A stretch of DNA of 64,000 nt from Callorhinchus milii (GCF_018977255.1 NW_024704742.1:13208001-13272000), one strand, 5' to 3'. Positions 1-12,262 are shown, counted from the first letter of the stretch. Notes: generated by a model from the sequence alone, not told the origin. A program made the numbers and translations.

Positions 1-112
1 TTAGTCGTGTGGAGTAAAGAAACTTGCCCAAGGTTTCACCCCGCCAGGAATCGAACCCAGGTCTTTTGCCCACGAGGTGAGTGCCCTAACAACTGAGCTA
101 CAGGACGCCACA
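1..112 (-). mobile_element. tRNA-derived SINE, 5' head (partial)
   Basis: Reverse complement of the SINE head at 3194 (cctgtagctcag...gggttcgattcc...cttgggcaagttt). Confidence 0.8.
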
Positions 113-656
113 TATTTTTGTTGCATTTTTTGCCGTTTTTGTATGTTAACATTTGTTTAGATTTTTCACGTACTTTCTGTTCATTTTTTCACGTATATTC
201 TGTGAAGGGCACCCAGGTCACATGACCCAGCCCAATTCACGTGACCCAACCCAGGTCACACGACTATGCCCCACGTCACTTGACTACACCTCGGTCACTT
301 GAGCACACACTCGGGTCACCTGACTGCATTCCGAGATCACGCCACTACATCCAGGATCATGTGGCATTGCACCCAGATCACGTGACCCGTTCCAGGACGC
401 ATGGTCCCACCCAGGTCATATCCCCACATCACCTGACTGCGCCCATGTCACATGAACCCGCCCCAGGCTAGATGTGCCATTCCAAGGTGCTAGCGCTAAA
501 CTCTATCCTAACCTTAACCCCTGACGCCTAACCCTTACCTCAATAGTTTCACTCGACATCTTTACAGGAATTCCATGAAACCCTATTTTGGCGCATATTT
601 ATGGAAAAATCGTATTAAATCTGATCACTCCACATTTGTACCTTAAACCACTTGAA
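113..656. repeat. Composite repeat module 1: T-rich tract, ~19-20 bp GTCACGTGAC minisatellite, degenerate CCCTAA repeats, ~100-bp AT-rich unit
   Basis: Same ordered blocks recur at 1130-1957 and 11150-12262. Confidence 0.8.
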
Positions 657-1125
657 TCCCCCCCACTTGCCCAGCTCCACTGGCTGCCCATCCCTCAGAG
701 AATAGAATTCAAACACCTCTTCCTCACTTTCAAGGCCCTCCACAACCTTGCATCCTCCCGTATCTCTGACCTGCTGACCTCCTATCAATCAGTCCACTCG
801 CTTAGCAGGCTCCGGCCTGCTCCATGTATCCCGCCCGACCCTCCCTACCATCGGCGGCCAGGCTTTCAGTGGCTCTGCCTCCACACTTTGGAACTGCATC
901 TCATAATCCCTTTGTCTTGCTCTCTCTTCATGCCAACTTCAAGGCATGACTCAAGACCCTCCTTTTCGACTGTGCTTCAGCCTCCTTCCTATACCCTCTG
1001 CGCTCCCTCATTCCAACCCTGCCCCCACCCACCCCCATGCTCAGGTCTGATCCCCGACTGTTCAGCGCCTTGGGATGAACTCCCGACGTGAAACCCACAT
1101 GATAAATGTAACTTTGTTGCTGTTG
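657..1125 (+). mobile_element. L2 LINE, 3' fragment
   Basis: PLAQLHWLPIPQRIEFK (L2 ORF2 C-terminus) and an L2 tail cagcgccttgggatgaactcccgacgtgaaa...(ttg)n. Confidence 0.85.
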
Positions 1126-1129
1126 TACA

Positions 1130-1957
1130 AACTCATATCAAATCTCCACATTTGGAGTAAATTAAACATTAAAACACTTGAAATTTTATTTCACTTGACA
1201 TTTTTATGGAAATTTCATGAAAAGCTATTTCCGTGCATGTTTGTAGAAAAATCTTATCAAATTTTTACAGAAATTCAATCATTTGTAACATATTTCTGTT
1301 GCATTTTTTGGCGTTTTTGTGTGTTAACATTTGTTTGAGTTTTTCGTGCATTTTCTCTTCAACATTCCTTTTTTTAAATGTTTTTGGTATTTTTTTCCTG
1401 ATCATTTTCTCATGTATATTCTGTGAAGTGCACCCCAGGTCACATGACCCAATCTGGGTTATGTAACCGCAAACCCAGGTCACGTGGCGCAGTCCAGGTC
1501 ACGTGACAGAACCCCCAGGTGCAGATCGCCTGACCCGCACCCCAAGCCACGTGGCCCAGTCCTGGTCACATGACTGCATCCGGGTTACATGATCCCGCGT
1601 CGGGTCATGTGGCCCAGTCCAGGACATGTGTGCACATCTAGGTAACATGATCCCGCCCAGGTCACGCAATTACACCCCAGGTCACGTGACTGTACCTGGG
1701 GTGTAATCATGATCACATCCCACGTTACCTCACCACATCCCCGGGTTACCTGAAAGAAACCGAGGTCACGTGATCCCTCCCAGGTCTTGTAACCAAATCC
1801 CCACATCATCTGACTGCACTCAGGTCACGGGACCCCATCACCTAAACCCTAACCCTCACCCTAACTTTAATCCCGAGCCCTAATCCCTAACCCCCTCACC
1901 CTAACTTGAATAATTTCACTTGACATTTTTACAGGAATTCCATGAAACTCCTATTTA
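1130..1957. repeat. Composite repeat module 2
   Basis: GGTCAC[AG]TGAC array at ~1435-1835, CCCTAA-like block at 1841-1908, AT-rich units on both sides. Confidence 0.8.
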
Positions 1958-2483
1958 TGTCTCTTAGGTTTGCTGGGACGAACCTCTAGATAACCTTAGC
2001 CAATGATCGACATCATAATCCCAATACGAATGTAAAGATGGTTTTATTCTAACATTTGTAGAATCATTTATACACACAGTACATAAGCGATAATTGACAG
2101 AACCAAAATAATATTACCCGTTCCGAGCTCTAGACAGCTGTGCAGCCCTTGAAGTCACCAGGTCATGCTCAGTGCCGCTGTATTGTATTAACTTTGCAAA
2201 CTTCCTTTATACCTTGAGATAAAAATGCTAATACCTATTGTTTCACTAGGCCCCTCCATAGCTGGGCTTGTTTTCCTCAGTATTCAACTTCTCTCGAGTT
2301 CCTATTAAATCATAAAACTTCTCCTATCTCAACTTACTGTTAAATCATTCAGTTGAGTCAGAGTACCCTGCAGATCACAAACTGATGTCACGTACCAATT
2401 TGTTACTCTTTACCTCCCTTATTCCTGCTAGCCCTCAAAATCTATATGTATGTCATAGGTAGTTAAATCACTATATTCTAACA
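1958..2483 (-). mobile_element. LTR (3' LTR of a retrovirus-like element)
   Basis: Minus strand reads TGTTAG...AGACA, preceded by a purine tract AAGGTGGGAAC (PPT), with AATAAA at ~2043-2048; lies directly after an env-like frame. Confidence 0.65.
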
Positions 2484-2521
2484 GTTCCCACCTTGAAGAT
2501 GAAGAAATCTATTCTGATCCC

Positions 2522-3670
2522 TCACCAGCACTTCTCTAGCAATGCCACAAATTCATTAAGCCTGACTCGCTTGTCCAATTGCTTTACGAAGCAACAAAGC
2601 CAACACAAAATTTAGTATAGAAACAACGTAAGCAAGATTTGCACAATTAGAAATGCGTAAGAGGCCAGTCGAGCCCATGGTGATTGTCCTGCATGATACA
2701 CATTTTGCCACCATGATTTCTTGCCTAACACCTTGAACCCGTGTTCCACCTTTTGATTATTCTGTTGGAATTTTACTAAGTGTGTCTGGGAGGCAATTCC
2801 TCTTGTAATTAAACTTTTTAGACTGAATGGTATAGGTAGAATGGGTTGGCCGAATTGTGCAATAACTCTTAGAGCTTCTTTTGCAAATCTGTTTTAACCT
2901 TGATCCTAGTCAGATTATATCCTATATTGGCTACGGGAGTCACCTGATGTTTGCCCAATCCAAGCTCATATGTGGGTTTGATACAACCTGTTGGGCTTGG
3001 CACCGGGCATTCATCCATGATAGAATTTAGTATCTGAGGTGGTACAGTAGTAGATACCTTTCCTTTGATATGCAATATTAGTGCTTCACCATTTTGAGAT
3101 CACTTGGACGTTACACAATAGTGATTGTTCCATAAATGTGTAACCACATGCTTGGTCGCCACCTGTGTAACTAGTTGGGAAAGCCCAACTATCGTGGAGT
3201 CCTGTAGCTCAGTGGTTAGAGCACTCGCTTTGCAAGTGAGAGACCTGAGTTCAATTCCAGGCAGGTCAGGGCGAAACCTTGGGCAAGTTTCCTTACTCCA
3301 CACGCCTAATAATAATCCCTCCAAAAAAAAAAAAAAAACAATAATTAAATTGGTCATTTTCAATCTACGACTGTTTGTGGGACATTGCTGTGCGCAATTG
3401 GCTGCCGCGTTCGCCCACAAATATACAGTCAATTCACTTTACAGTGTGTTCTGTGAAGCGCTTTGGGACGTCCTCCCGACGTGAAAAGCGCTATATCAAA
3501 TGCAAGGATTATTATTATTATTATTATTATTATCTCCCTTCCGTGTACATCTGGTCAGATCAATATCATTCCACACGCTCCCTTTAGTAAAATAAGGTGG
3601 GGACGTCAAATATTCTTTAAAGTTAGTATCCTCTAGTTGTCCTGTGGATGACACCTGATACAGTGGTTGT
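2522..3670 (-). pseudogene. Decayed env-like glycoprotein C-terminal half (lokiretrovirus/F-like), interrupted by a SINE
   Basis: Hand translation gives a Cys-rich ectodomain (DLTRCTRKGDSW...CG...C...IYYCTT...CPVPSPTGCIKP), then SWWQ...SPW, then a hydrophobic TM segment (LASYAFLIVQILLTLFLY*ILCWLCC); stops and frameshifts present. Confidence 0.6.
3194..3534 (+). mobile_element. Young full-length tRNA-derived SINE (tRNA-Ala-like head, L2-derived tail, (TAT)n end)
   Basis: A-box tagctcagtgg, B-box gagttcaattcc; tail shared with L2; tatc duplicated at both flanks; nearly identical to 22530-22865. Confidence 0.9.
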
Positions 3671-4483
3671 CATAGAATCATAGAATTATACAGCACAAAA
3701 GGAGGCCATTCAGCCCATCGTATCTATGCCAGCTTTTTGAAAAGAATTATCCAAATCAATCCCACTCCCCCGCTCTCTCCCCAAAGCCCTGCAACCTTGT
3801 CCTCCCCAAATAATTATCTACTCTTTTAAAAATGTTATTGAATCGGCTTCCACCACCCTTTCAGGCAATGCATTCCAGATCTGAACAACGTGCTGTGTGA
3901 AAAAATTTCTCCTCACCTCCCCTCTGTTTCTTTTAACAACTATTTTAAATTGGTTACCGACCCACCCACCAGTGGAAATAGTTTCTCTTTGTTCACCCTA
4001 TCGAATACCCTCATAATTTTGAAAACTTCTATTCAGTCTCCTCTTGAACTTCTCTGCTCCAAGGAGAATAATTCTCGCTTCTCTAACCTCTCCTGATAAC
4101 TGACGTCCCTCATTCCTGGTACCATCCTAGTAAATCTCCTTTGCACCCTCTCCAATGCCTTGATATCCTTCCTAAAGTGTGGTGCCCAGAACTGAACACA
4201 GTCTCTAGCTGAGGCCTAACCAGTGTTTTATAAAGGTTCATAATTTCCTGATTTTTGTATTCTACGCCCCTATTTTTAAAGCCTAGTAACCTGTATGCTT
4301 TTTTAGCAGCTTCATCTACCTGTCCTGCCACCTGGGTCTCTCTGTTCTTTCGCCCCCTTTAAGATTTTACCATCAGTTTATATTGCCTCTCCTCATTCTT
4401 TCTCCCAAAATGCATCACTTTGCATTTCTCCACATTAAACTTCATCTGCCACGTGTCTGCCCATCTTACCAGCCTGTCTATGT

Positions 4484-6816
4484 CAGGGGTGAGCAATTAT
4501 TTTGGCTGGCAGGCACTTCACGAGTTTTGGTAAGCTTCACAGGCCACACACTTAACATAAATGCAAATGCCTAATAATAGTTAAAAATCAAGTCTTACAC
4601 TTGTACATGCATAAAATAAAGTCTATATAATTGACATTCATTAAAATTAGGTTAAATAAAAACAACTCATTGAGCAGACATTTATTCGATATTTATTCAT
4701 TTATTCACAAATTGATGAGAATGTGAGAAGCTCAATCAATGGGAAAAATGAAAGCGCTGATGTCCGTTAACCAGACAACTGAAGTTAGGCATCGTCTCTA
4801 TTGTTGCAATGCGGAGTACTGCTGCAACAATAGAGACGATGCCTAACTTCAGTTGTCTGGTTAACGGTTATCAGTCAACAACAACAACTTGGATTAATAT
4901 AGCACCCTCCACGCTGGACGGCGTCTCAGAGCACTTTACAGTAACGGATCCCGGGACCGAGCCAGGGGAGGGGGAGGGGGAGGAAGGTGACCAAAGGCGC
5001 GATCGAAAAGAAAGGTCTTCAGCAGAGACCTGAAAATGGGAAGGGAGGGAGCGAGACGAAGGGAGTGAGAAAGACAATTCCAGAGCCTCGGGGCATAGTG
5101 GCTGAAGGCATGGCCACCGAGGGTGGAGCGGAGGACTCGGGGGACGAGGAGGAGTCATCACAGATCTAAGTTTTGATTTGTTTCATGTCCAAAAATCAAT
5201 CAATCTCTGTTCTCAGTTCACTCTTTTCAAGAACTTTCCTAAACTAAGCCATCTTACATGTTGATCCAAACAGCATCCTCTGGGCCTTTATTTTTGGAAA
5301 GGTATATTCATTAAGAGAGGCGTAAAAACTGGGAAGCAGCACAGATTTGAATTGCTCCGCAAGCAATGGATCAAATTGCAGGTCAGTAAGCTCGAGTTGG
5401 AGGTCAAATGGGGCTTTGTCATCATCAAATGAGAAAGATGAAGAGTGCAAAGACAGGTCAGTTTCGATCAAATTGAAATCCTGGAATTGGTGAGAAAATG
5501 TAAGTCAAGTAGTGACAAAGTATAATTTTTAAGGCTTTGATCGCAAAAAGTAATCTGCTGCAAAGTTGAAAGGTGGGCAAACAGCCTGTTTCCTATTTGA
5601 CACAATAAAATAAATAATTTCATCATAAATGACTTGACACTGCAATACAAATCATGAACAAAGGCTCCCTTCTGTTGCAGTTTTGAATTCAGTTCATTCA
5701 TGTGGCCCATGATATCAATGGCAAATGCGAAATCAGAGCCAATTTGAGTCATTCAGCTGTGGGAAATCTGAATTTTTTTGTTTCATGTCCAAAAATCAAT
5801 CTCTGTTCTCAGTTTCCACACTCTTTTCAAGACCTTTCCTAAACTAAGCCGTCTTACATGTGTGTGATACAGAACATCCGTGTGCTCGGATTCCAATTCC
5901 TCAAACAGAGTTACAATTGCCTGTGGTTTAATCCTCTTTGCTCGAATGTGGTTGACCACCTCATAACTGTCCAAGACATTGTTTAGTTTTAGAACACTCT
6001 GTTTACAGAGGACCTCTTGGTGAATAATGCAGTGTAGAAAAGCAATATTCTGTTCTGGGTTTGTTTCTTTGACTTGATCTTGAATTCTTTTCAGTAACCC
6101 AACATTTTTGCCTGTCAGATTTGGGCAGATGTTTCCACTCCACTCCTAACTTTAAGATATACTTATTAATTGCCTCCAAAAAGTCTTCTCAAGTTGTCGT
6201 ATCTTTCATTGACTGCATTGCTGTCAATTCCTCTGTGAGCTTAATATTTTTGGTGATACCTCAATAAAAATTATCAACTGGGCTGTGTCTTTGACATCAC
6301 AACTCTTATCGAGTGCCAGTGAAAAACATGCAAAATTGCTTACATTATTTTGTGACTGCATACTGTTTCTATTTTCTTTCTTTATTTTATTTTTTAATTT
6401 ATTTTTAGTTTATTTTATTTGTTTTATTTTCCACCCACACTGGTAAAAAAAAATTAGACGTCCATTCTTTTTGAATATTCTGCCTTCAGCGTCCACTTTC
6501 CGCTTCTTTAATAAACTCATTTATGATTAACGTCCTCGTCAGTGAACAGTATTGCTGTGGTTGCCGCATGTGCGTGTTTGAAAATTTGCCGATCCGTACA
6601 TTTCTGACGTCAGCCTGATTCAACACTTAAGGGAGTGTACGCACAACTAAGCAGTGTGATTGGCTGAAGTTCCCGGTCAGGTTCAAATGTGAAATTTGTG
6701 CGACTTTCTGGGACTGAACAAACTATAATTTTTTGTATTGCTAGGCACAATGACGGGCTGGATAGAATCATTTGGTGGCTGGATATGGCCTGCGGGCCAT
6801 CTTTTGCCCAATCCTG
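4484..6816 (-). mobile_element. hAT (Charlie/SPIN-like) DNA transposon with decayed transposase
   Basis: TIRs CAGGGGTGAGCAA...TTGCCCAATCCTG; subterminal tggcctgcgggcca; fragments YHTHVRRLSLGKVLKRVW, HMNELNSKLQ, LQLELTDLQ, MLFGST; TSD not clean. Confidence 0.85.
4876..5165 (-). mobile_element. L2-like 3' end fragment inserted in the hAT
   Basis: (caa)n tail, ttggattaatatagcacc stem-loop region and G-rich 3' UTR. Confidence 0.6.
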
Positions 6817-9337
6817 GTCATTTGCAATTTGCTACTGTCCTCCTCAATGTTTACTACTTTTCCTAGCTTAGTATTATCTGCAAACTTGGAAATTGTACTC
6901 CCTGTACCCAAGTCCAGGTGAATTACATAGGTCAAAATCAGCAGTGGTCACAATACTGATCCCTGGGGGACACCACTGCACACTTCCCTCCAGTCAGAAA
7001 AACAACCGTTCACCACCACTCTCTGCTTTCTGTTTCCCAGCCAGTTCTGTATCCATGCTGCCACTGTCCCTTTAATACCGTGGGCTTCTATTTTGTTTTC
7101 AAGTCTCTTATGTGGCACTTTATCAAACACATTTTGAAAATCCATATAAACTACATCAACTGAAACACCTTACCATCTACCCTCTCCGTTACTTCATCAA
7201 AAAACTACTTTTCTAAGTGAAAATTTATTTTGTCGCGGATTATAGTCTCTAGAAGTTTTCCCATTACTGAAGTTAGGCTGACAGGCCTGTAGTTCCTGGG
7301 TTTCTCCTTCTGCCCCTTTTTGTACAGGGGAGTAACATTTGCCAGTCCTCTGGGACCACCCGGGTTGCCAAGGAGGATTGAAAGATTGTGGCCAGAGCCT
7401 CCGATATTTCCATCCTTACTTCCCTCAGTAACCTAGGATGCATCCCATCTGGACCGGGTGACTTATCTGCCTTGAGCACTGACAACCTTTTTAGTACCTC
7501 CTCTCGGTTTATTCTTATCTTATCCAATTTCTCCAGCCTCTCCTCTGACACTGTGGCATTGGCTGCATCCTCTTCCTATGTGACGACAGAAGCAAAGTAC
7601 TCATTCAGTGTGTCAGCACTGCCTCCACAAGAAGATTTCCTTCTTGGTACCTAATTGGAGTCACCCTATTTTTGACATTATATTCTTTATATGCTAATAA
7701 AATACCTTAGGGTTCCCTTTTATGTTACCCGCTAATCTTTTCTCATACAATCTCTTTGCCCCTATTATTTCCTTTTTCAGTTCTCCTCTGTACTTTCTAT
7801 ATTGTATTTGATCATTTTCTGTATTTTGGACCTGACATTTATCAGAAGCCTCCTTTTCCTGTTTTATTTTAATCTCAATTTCCTTACTCATCCAGGGAGG
7901 TTTGAATGCCCTACCTTTCCCCTTTGTGGGAATGTATTTGTTCTGTCCCCGAACTATCACCTCTTTGCTCATTAGCTGTTTTAGCTCTCTTCCAGTTAAG
8001 TATCTTCACATTTGATTGCTCCTTGTCCCTTTCCATAAGTACTCTAAACCTTATGATGTTATGATCACTGTTGTCCAGATGCTCTTCTACTGAAACCTGC
8101 TCCACTTGCCCCACTTCATTCCCCAGAACTAGATCCAGCACTGCTTCCTTCCTCTTTGGGCTGGAAACATACTGATCTAGAAAGTTATCCTGCACACATT
8201 TCAGGAATGCTTCCCCCTCATTGCCCTTTACACTGTTGTTTTGTCAGTCTATGTTAGGATAATTGAAGTCCCCCATTATCACTACTCTAGTGGTTTTGCA
8301 TCTTTCTAAAACCTGCTTGCAGATTTGCTCATCTATCTCCCTTCCACTATTTGGAGGTCTACAGTATACACCTAACAGAGTAACAGCTCCTTTTCTGCTC
8401 CTTAACTCTAACCAAATAAATTCTCTTTTTGTACTCATAGCCCCTTTCCAGGGCCATGACCATGTCTTTAATCAATATTACCAGTCCCCCCACCACCACT
8501 CCTTTTTTTCCTTTTTTCCTCTATCCCTCCTGAATACATTGTAGCCAGGAATACTCAGCTCCCATTCCTGCCTTTGTTTGAGCCAGGTCTCCACTTTGCC
8601 ATTACATCATAACCCCATGTGGCAATGGCAACTTGAGTCTGCAGCTCACCAATCTTATTTGTCAACACTCCGTGCATTTACACACATACACTCCCAACTG
8701 ACTGAATCTGCTCTGCATGTCTCGCCTGTCTAATCCCTCTTTTTTCTGTATTATTCTTTATTACATTGCTATTTTTATCTCCCAGCCCTCTATGTAACTT
8801 GTTTATCCTCTCTGATAAACCCCTCCGCAGAGGGTCATCACCCTGACTGGCATTCAGTGCAGAGAGCCGGTTTGTGAGTGCCACACTCAGGGGATTGCTG
8901 CAATCCCCATCTTTTTCTTCCTACCATGCCAGGTGGTCACCCACTCACTCTCGTTCTGAACCCTCTGTGGCTGTGGGGTGACTATCTCCTGAAGCGTTCA
9001 ATCCATGAACTCTTCAGCCTCCCATATGCTATGTAGTGACACCAGCCTCTCCTCAAGCTGAGAAACTCTGATCAAGCTCGAGCAGCCGGAGGCACTTACT
9101 ACACACGTGTCTGTCCAGGGCACACAGAGCATCCTGGCGTTCCCACATTGTGCATGGAACCGGTCTCAGCTGCCCTGCCATATTCCTTTTATATTATTTT
9201 AATATAAATATTATATATTTTATAATTATGCACTTCTTTCCTCCTCTGCACCGAATTGCCACTCTCACCAAATTCCTTAACAGAATTCTCACTCAGTTCT
9301 TTCCTCATGCTGCTGGACTCCTTGCTCCCCTAAAAAG

Positions 9338-9656
9338 TTGATATTTTATTCCACTTGACATTTTTACAAACATTCCATGAAACGTTATTTCTGTGCATGA
9401 TAGTGGGAAAATCGTATCAAATATCATTTTACTTGATATCTGTACCTTAAACCTTTGAATGTTTATGCAAATTCCAAGCAAGACTATTTCTGTGCAAGTT
9501 TGTGGAAAATCACATTCAAACTGATCTTACGCACCTGACATCAGTTGATATTTTATCTCACTCGACATTTAGGCAAATATTCCACGAAACGTTACTTATG
9601 CACATGTTGGTGGAAAAATCGTATAATTTTACTCCATAATATGTGAAATTTTATTT
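9338..9656. repeat. AT-rich ~100-bp satellite units (continuation of the composite repeat)
   Basis: cacttgacatttttac...ttccatgaaacgttatttctgtgcatg... matches 1190-1270 and 11150-11680. Confidence 0.75.
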
Positions 9657-11148
9657 CAACAACATAATTACATTTGTATAGCACCTTTCATATCGAGAGG
9701 ATGTCCCAAGACGCTGGACAGACAAAGTTACAGACCCAAGCTGGGGGTTTGGGTCGGGGAGGGAGCGAACAGGGTGGTAGGGATTTAGGAGGTCGCAGAG
9801 GAGGGGGGAGCAAGGCCATGGAGGGCTTTGAAGGTGAGGACCAGGATCATGAACTGTATCCTCTGTGTGATGGGAAGCTACTGGAGTTGGAAGAGGATGG
9901 GGGTGATAGGATCACGGAGCCTAGTGTGGGAGAGGACACGGGCTGTAGAGTTCTGGATGATCTGCAACCTATGGGGGGAGGAGTTGGGGAGGCCGACAAG
10001 CAGTGAGTTTGCTTAGTCAAATCTTTATGTAATGTATGAAGGTTTCGGCGGCCTGCAGTGTGAGACAGTGTTGGAGCCGAGTGATGTTGGGGAGGTGGGG
10101 GAAGGCAGAGCCATGGTGCAGATGTGGGGTAGAAAGGATAGTTGAGGGACAAACAAGACCCCAAGGTTCCGGACTGGCTTAGCAAGGTGCGGTGTGCAAC
10201 CATGGATGGTTATGCTGTCAGCGCCTGAGGTGAGAGGCGCTGACGAAAGCCAATCAGGAAAGCCTCGGTCTTGTTGACGTTCAACTGAAGAAAGTTAGCT
10301 CTCATCCAGGACTTGATGTCTGACAGACATTCTGTCAGCACAGCAGTGGTCTTGGAGTCGAGGGTAGAGGTGGAGAGGTAGAGTTGAATGTCATCCGCAT
10401 ACATGTGGAAGTTGACCCAGTGTCTGTGGATGATGTCACCAAGAGGGAGCATATAGATGTTGAAGAGGAGGGGACCAAGGACAGAGCCCTGAAGAACGCC
10501 ACACGAGATGGTCCGGGGGCTACAGGAGAAGCCGTTTGCGGAGATGAAGTGCAGTGTGAGAGGTACAATCGGAACCAATCAAGGACAGCACCGTGGAGGT
10601 TGAGGTGAGAGGAGAGGCGATGGATGAGGATAGAGTGGTCGACAGTGTCAAAGGCAGCAGAGAGGTCAAGGAGGACGAGGAGGCAGAGGGAGCCCTGGTC
10701 ACAGATGACAGAATGTCATTTGTCACTTTGACCAGGGCTGTGTGTGGCACAGTAACCCGATTAGAAGGGTTTGAGAAGGGAATGGCGGCAGAGGAAGGAG
10801 CAAAGCTGAGAAGCAACAACTCATTTCAGGACCTTGGAGAGGAAAAGAGGATGGAGATGGGGCGGTAGTTAGGGAATAGAGAAGGGTCCAGAGAAGGTTT
10901 TTTAAGGAGTGATGATTGCGGTTTTTAATGGGTTAGGAACAGGGCCAGTGGACAGGGAGAGGTTTATGTCTGAGTAGAGGGGCAAGGAGGTGGAGCTGGG
11001 AGGTAAGGAGGTGGATAGGGATGGGGTCAAGGGAGCAGGTGGTGGGTTTCATACGTGTTATGGTGGTGATGAGAGAGGAAGGGGAGACAGGTTCAAAGGT
11101 GTGGATTGAGGGGTGGGTAGGGCTGGGATGGGCGAAGGAGATGGGGAA
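9657..11148 (-). mobile_element. L2 LINE (RT region to 3' end)
   Basis: [22 protein letters not shown]...[25 protein letters not shown]2 tail at 9657-9715. Confidence 0.92.
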
Positions 11149-11149
11149 G

Positions 11150-12262
11150 CATATTTTACATTCAATATTTTACAGAAATTCCATTAAAATCTATTTCTGC
11201 ACATATCTGTGACCAAATCGTATGAAATCTGATTATAGTCAAACATTTGTACATTAAAGCAGTTGGAAATTCCATGAAACACTATTTCTGTGCATGTTGG
11301 TGGAAAAATAGTATCAAATATCATTTTATCTCACATCTGAACCTTAAACCACTTGAACTTTAAATTTCACTCGAAATGTTTTGCCAAATTTGAATCAAGG
11401 CTATTTCCATGCATGTTTGTGGAATTCACATCAAATTTGATTTTAGTCTACTTTTGTACATTAAAGCACTTTTACAGAATTTGCATGAAACGCTATTTCT
11501 GTGCATTTTGACGGAAAATCTCATGAAATATAATTTTACTCCACATTTGTACATTAAATTTATATATCACTGTGCATGTTTGTGATCAAATCTTATTAAA
11601 TCTGATTTGACTCCACATTTATACCTTAAACCACTTGAAAAATTATTTCCTTTGACATTGTACAGAAATTCCATCATTTTAAATGTATTTTTGTTGCGTT
11701 TTTGCTGTGTTAAAATTTTAGGGGGTGTTTGCGTATTTTGTCTTGCACAATTTTTCGTGTATTTTTTTCAACTTTTTGGAGTATCGTCTTTTCGTATATT
11801 CTGTAAAGTTCACCCAAACTCGCATGACCCAGTCCAGACCACATGATCCCGTCCAGCTCACATGAGCATTTCCCAACGTCTCTGGCTGTGTCCAGATCAC
11901 GTGACCACGCCCCAGGCTACGTGGGCCAGTCCAGGTCACCTGACCGCACCCAGGGTGCTAACCCTTAGCCCTAAACCTCGCCCTAACTTTAACCCCTGAC
12001 CACTCATCCTAACTTCAATAATTTCACTCAACATTTTTACCAGAATTCCAATAAAACCCTATTTTGTGACCAAATCGTATGAAATCTAATTTAATCCACA
12101 TTTGTACCTTACAGCAGTTGATATTTGATTTTTCTCGACATTTTTAATAACATTCCATGAAACGTTATTTCTGTGCGTATTGGGGGGAAAATGGCACAAA
12201 TATCATTTTATTTCACATTTGTACCTCAAACCATTTGAACTTTTATTTCACTCCAAATTTTT
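11150..12262. repeat. Composite repeat module 3, abutting the Helitron coding region
   Basis: AT-rich units (ctatttc at 11191, 11283, 11401, 11493), GTCACGTGAC array at 11810-11950, CCCTAA-like block at 11957-12015. Confidence 0.8.

Larger units (their letters stand above)
3671..9335 (-). mobile_element. CR1 LINE, near full length but decayed (ORF1 Zn-finger, EN, RT), split by a hAT insertion
   Basis: YCRPPNSG, VIMGDFNYPNID (EN); [35 protein letters not shown] (RT); LYKTLVRPQLE; (catagaa)n 3' tail at 3671. Confidence 0.9.

Noticed and set aside
497..545. True telomere or chromosome fusion site
   Set aside because: Short, degenerate, single-orientation blocks embedded in a repeated module.
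210..1835. CRISPR-like palindromic repeat arrays
   Set aside because: Vertebrate DNA, units are contiguous and degenerate with no unique spacers, and there are no cas genes; this is a minisatellite.
3194..3270. tRNA-like sequence (A/B boxes, TGC anticodon-like loop)
   Set aside because: It is the head of a multi-copy SINE with an L2-derived tail and no proper acceptor stem; not a tRNA gene.
5244..5974. Domesticated GTF2IRD2/EPM2AIP1-like gene
   Set aside because: Fragmented by frameshifts, bounded by TIRs and nested in a CR1.
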